Positions 62,563-64,000 of a stretch of 64,000 nucleotides of DNA are shown piece after piece (position 1 is the stretch's first letter; every line of letters starts with the position of its first letter). Origin of the DNA: an uncultured bacterium (GTDB lineage: Bacteria; Oederibacteriota; PGYV01; CAWJRG01); assembly GCA_963845185.1 (NCBI GenBank), contig CAWJRG010000005.1, forward strand, positions 1 to 64,000. Direction: 5' to 3'. Under the pieces are notes generated by a model, which was not told where the DNA came from, did no database searches, and was given only the letters and a program-made list of their open reading frames with translations. The translations under genes and the position numbers were made by a program.

Positions 62563-63825
62563 TCACAGAAGTTCCTCTTTACTTTTCCTGCCTTTTTTTT
62601 GCCTGATATTGATGGCAATAAGGCTGAAAGCAAGTATAAAAAACGTGCTGATAAAAAGGCTGAATAAAACCTGGTAAAAATTCGCATGCAAAAACCACAG
62701 CAATATTCCGTATATTATGATGCCGCCATACATTGCGTAAATGAACAAATATTTGTGCACGGCCAGGCTGTAATTGATGACGACATTAAAAAGCACAAGC
62801 GGCAGAATCGCGAACCCGAATACCCTGACAATATAATCGATGTTGAGAAACTGGTTGCCGAAAAGAAGGCGTATTATGAATTTCGGGAACAAAAAGCAAA
62901 ATAAAACCCCGGCGAGTGTTATTGATGCTGTCAAAAGCAGGCTTTTGTAAAAAAGATTCTTGGAATCTTCTTTCATGGCAAAATTTTCTGATACTTTTGG
63001 AAAAAGCGCCATGGCGATTGCCGACGGAAAAAACAAAAACGCCTTTCCTACTATTGATGTGGCCGAATACAGGCCGGCTTCATACGGAGGGTAAAAATGC
63101 TTTACCGCAAAAACGTCCATGTAACTTAAAAGCGAAAAACCCGTCATTGTAATAAAAACCGGTATTGTATATCCGAAAATGTCCCTTTTCCTGATTGTTA
63201 TGCCTTTTTCCTTGTATTTAAATATAAAACTCAGGTAAATAAGCCCGATAATATATGCGGCTGCTACGGAAAAAAAGCTTGATGCGAGCGCGCCTCTTAC
63301 CGACCATCCGATGGCCAGTACCAAAACCAGGGTTAAAAGCCTCAGAACCGCGTCCGTTATCATATTAACGCCCAAAGCAACAAATTTTTGAATTCCCTGC
63401 AAAAGCCCCCTTACGGCCGGTATGACCATGCTGGCAACCGATATACCGCCCACAATTACTATCATTAACCTGTCTTTTATATGAAAAAAATCCTTGATTA
63501 TATTCGAAGCCAGAAAATACACCATAAATCCGGCCATGCCCAGTACAAAAAACCAGATGTTTGTTTTTATGAAAAGTGTTTTTATGCCGCCCCAGTTTTC
63601 CCTGGCTTTAAAATCAGCCGCCTTTTTGGCTACAGTCATCTGAAGCGATGCTGCGGGCATCATCACCACAATAAGCATCGCCAGCATTGTCACAAGCACT
63701 CCGTAATTTTCAGGCCCAAGCTTCCTGCTTGCGTACATATGAAACAAGAAATTTGCCAAATTTACTATGCTGGTGGCTACAAACAAAATAAATGAATCCT
63801 TGATGAGGTGATCTGTTTTTCCCAT
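62563..63825 (-). CDS. Polysaccharide flippase (Wzx/MOP superfamily)
   Basis: About 12 TM segments, SRKLGPENYG, EAGLYSA, LFPKVS; located in the GT cluster. Confidence 0.85.
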   Translation of the reverse strand: MGKTDHLIKDSFILFVATSIVNLANFLFHMYASRKLGPENYGVLVTMLAMLIVVMMPAASLQMTVAKKAADFKARENWGGIKTLFIKTNIWFFVLGMAGFMVYFLASNIIKDFFHIKDRLMIVIVGGISVASMVIPAVRGLLQGIQKFVALGVNMITDAVLRLLTLVLVLAIGWSVRGALASSFFSVAAAYIIGLIYLSFIFKYKEKGITIRKRDIFGYTIPVFITMTGFSLLSYMDVFAVKHFYPPYEAGLYSATSIVGKAFLFFPSAIAMALFPKVSENFAMKEDSKNLFYKSLLLTASITLAGVLFCFLFPKFIIRLLFGNQFLNIDYIVRVFGFAILPLVLFNVVINYSLAVHKYLFIYAMYGGIIIYGILLWFLHANFYQVLFSLFISTFFILAFSLIAINIRQKKGRKSKEELL

Positions 63826-63859
63826 TAAACCCTGTATCCTGTCGTAATTTGATTTTGTT

Positions 63860-64000
63860 TTATTTAAACCCTGGCTTTATTTTGATTATCTGGCTCCTGT
63901 TCATTTCGGATACATAAATAATGTCGTCTTTGTCAATTGCTATGCCGAGAGGCGTGGCAAACAGCGGTTTGTCCTGCAAATCGGTTTTTATTGTGCCAAG
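63860..64000 (-). CDS. 3' end of a protein with an NHL-like repeat (partial)
   Basis: LFATPLGIAIDKDDIIYVSEMNRSQIIKIKPGFK*. Confidence 0.6.
   Translation of the reverse strand, partial: LGTIKTDLQDKPLFATPLGIAIDKDDIIYVSEMNRSQIIKIKPGFK

Noticed and set aside
25..63795. Numerous plus-strand ORFs in the six-frame track
   Set aside because: They are antisense shadows of well-supported minus-strand genes or translations of repeat elements (e.g. 34883-35122, 35406-35720, 58859-59116)
1..64000. tRNA or rRNA genes
   Set aside because: No cloverleaf or rRNA-like segment recognised; intergenic gaps are short and accounted for

Overview
Bacterial chromosomal window, almost entirely minus-strand genes. 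1-16.8 kb is mostly housekeeping: larC/larB, TPR and DUF2723 proteins, a GAF-GGDEF protein, ruvCAB, alr, dnaB, rplI, rpsF-ssb-rpsR. It is followed by a large C25-peptidase surface protein, typA, and an mrfB-mrfA repair pair. An accessory zone (29-46 kb) encodes Thr/Pro-linker surface proteins (NHL and kelch propeller lipoproteins, secreted proteins with a shared C-terminal Ig-like domain), a small toxin-antitoxin-like pair and an MFS pump. The remainder holds an arabinose-type ABC transporter with a GH2 enzyme and a glycan biosynthesis cluster. Two copies of an IS1182-family element each sit in the centre of a GTAG-type REP-like palindrome. The most striking unannotated feature is a ~95-bp two-hairpin intergenic element present in six copies with compensatory stem changes. 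It punctuates the surface-protein array, and one copy is a hybrid of the contexts of two others, as expected if single-gene cassettes are gained or lost at these sites. A diverged duplicate of the mrfA 3' end bounds a 5.79-kb segment of the same array. Many conserved genes carry single-base frameshifts, probably assembly errors. All product calls come from motif recognition; no database search was run.
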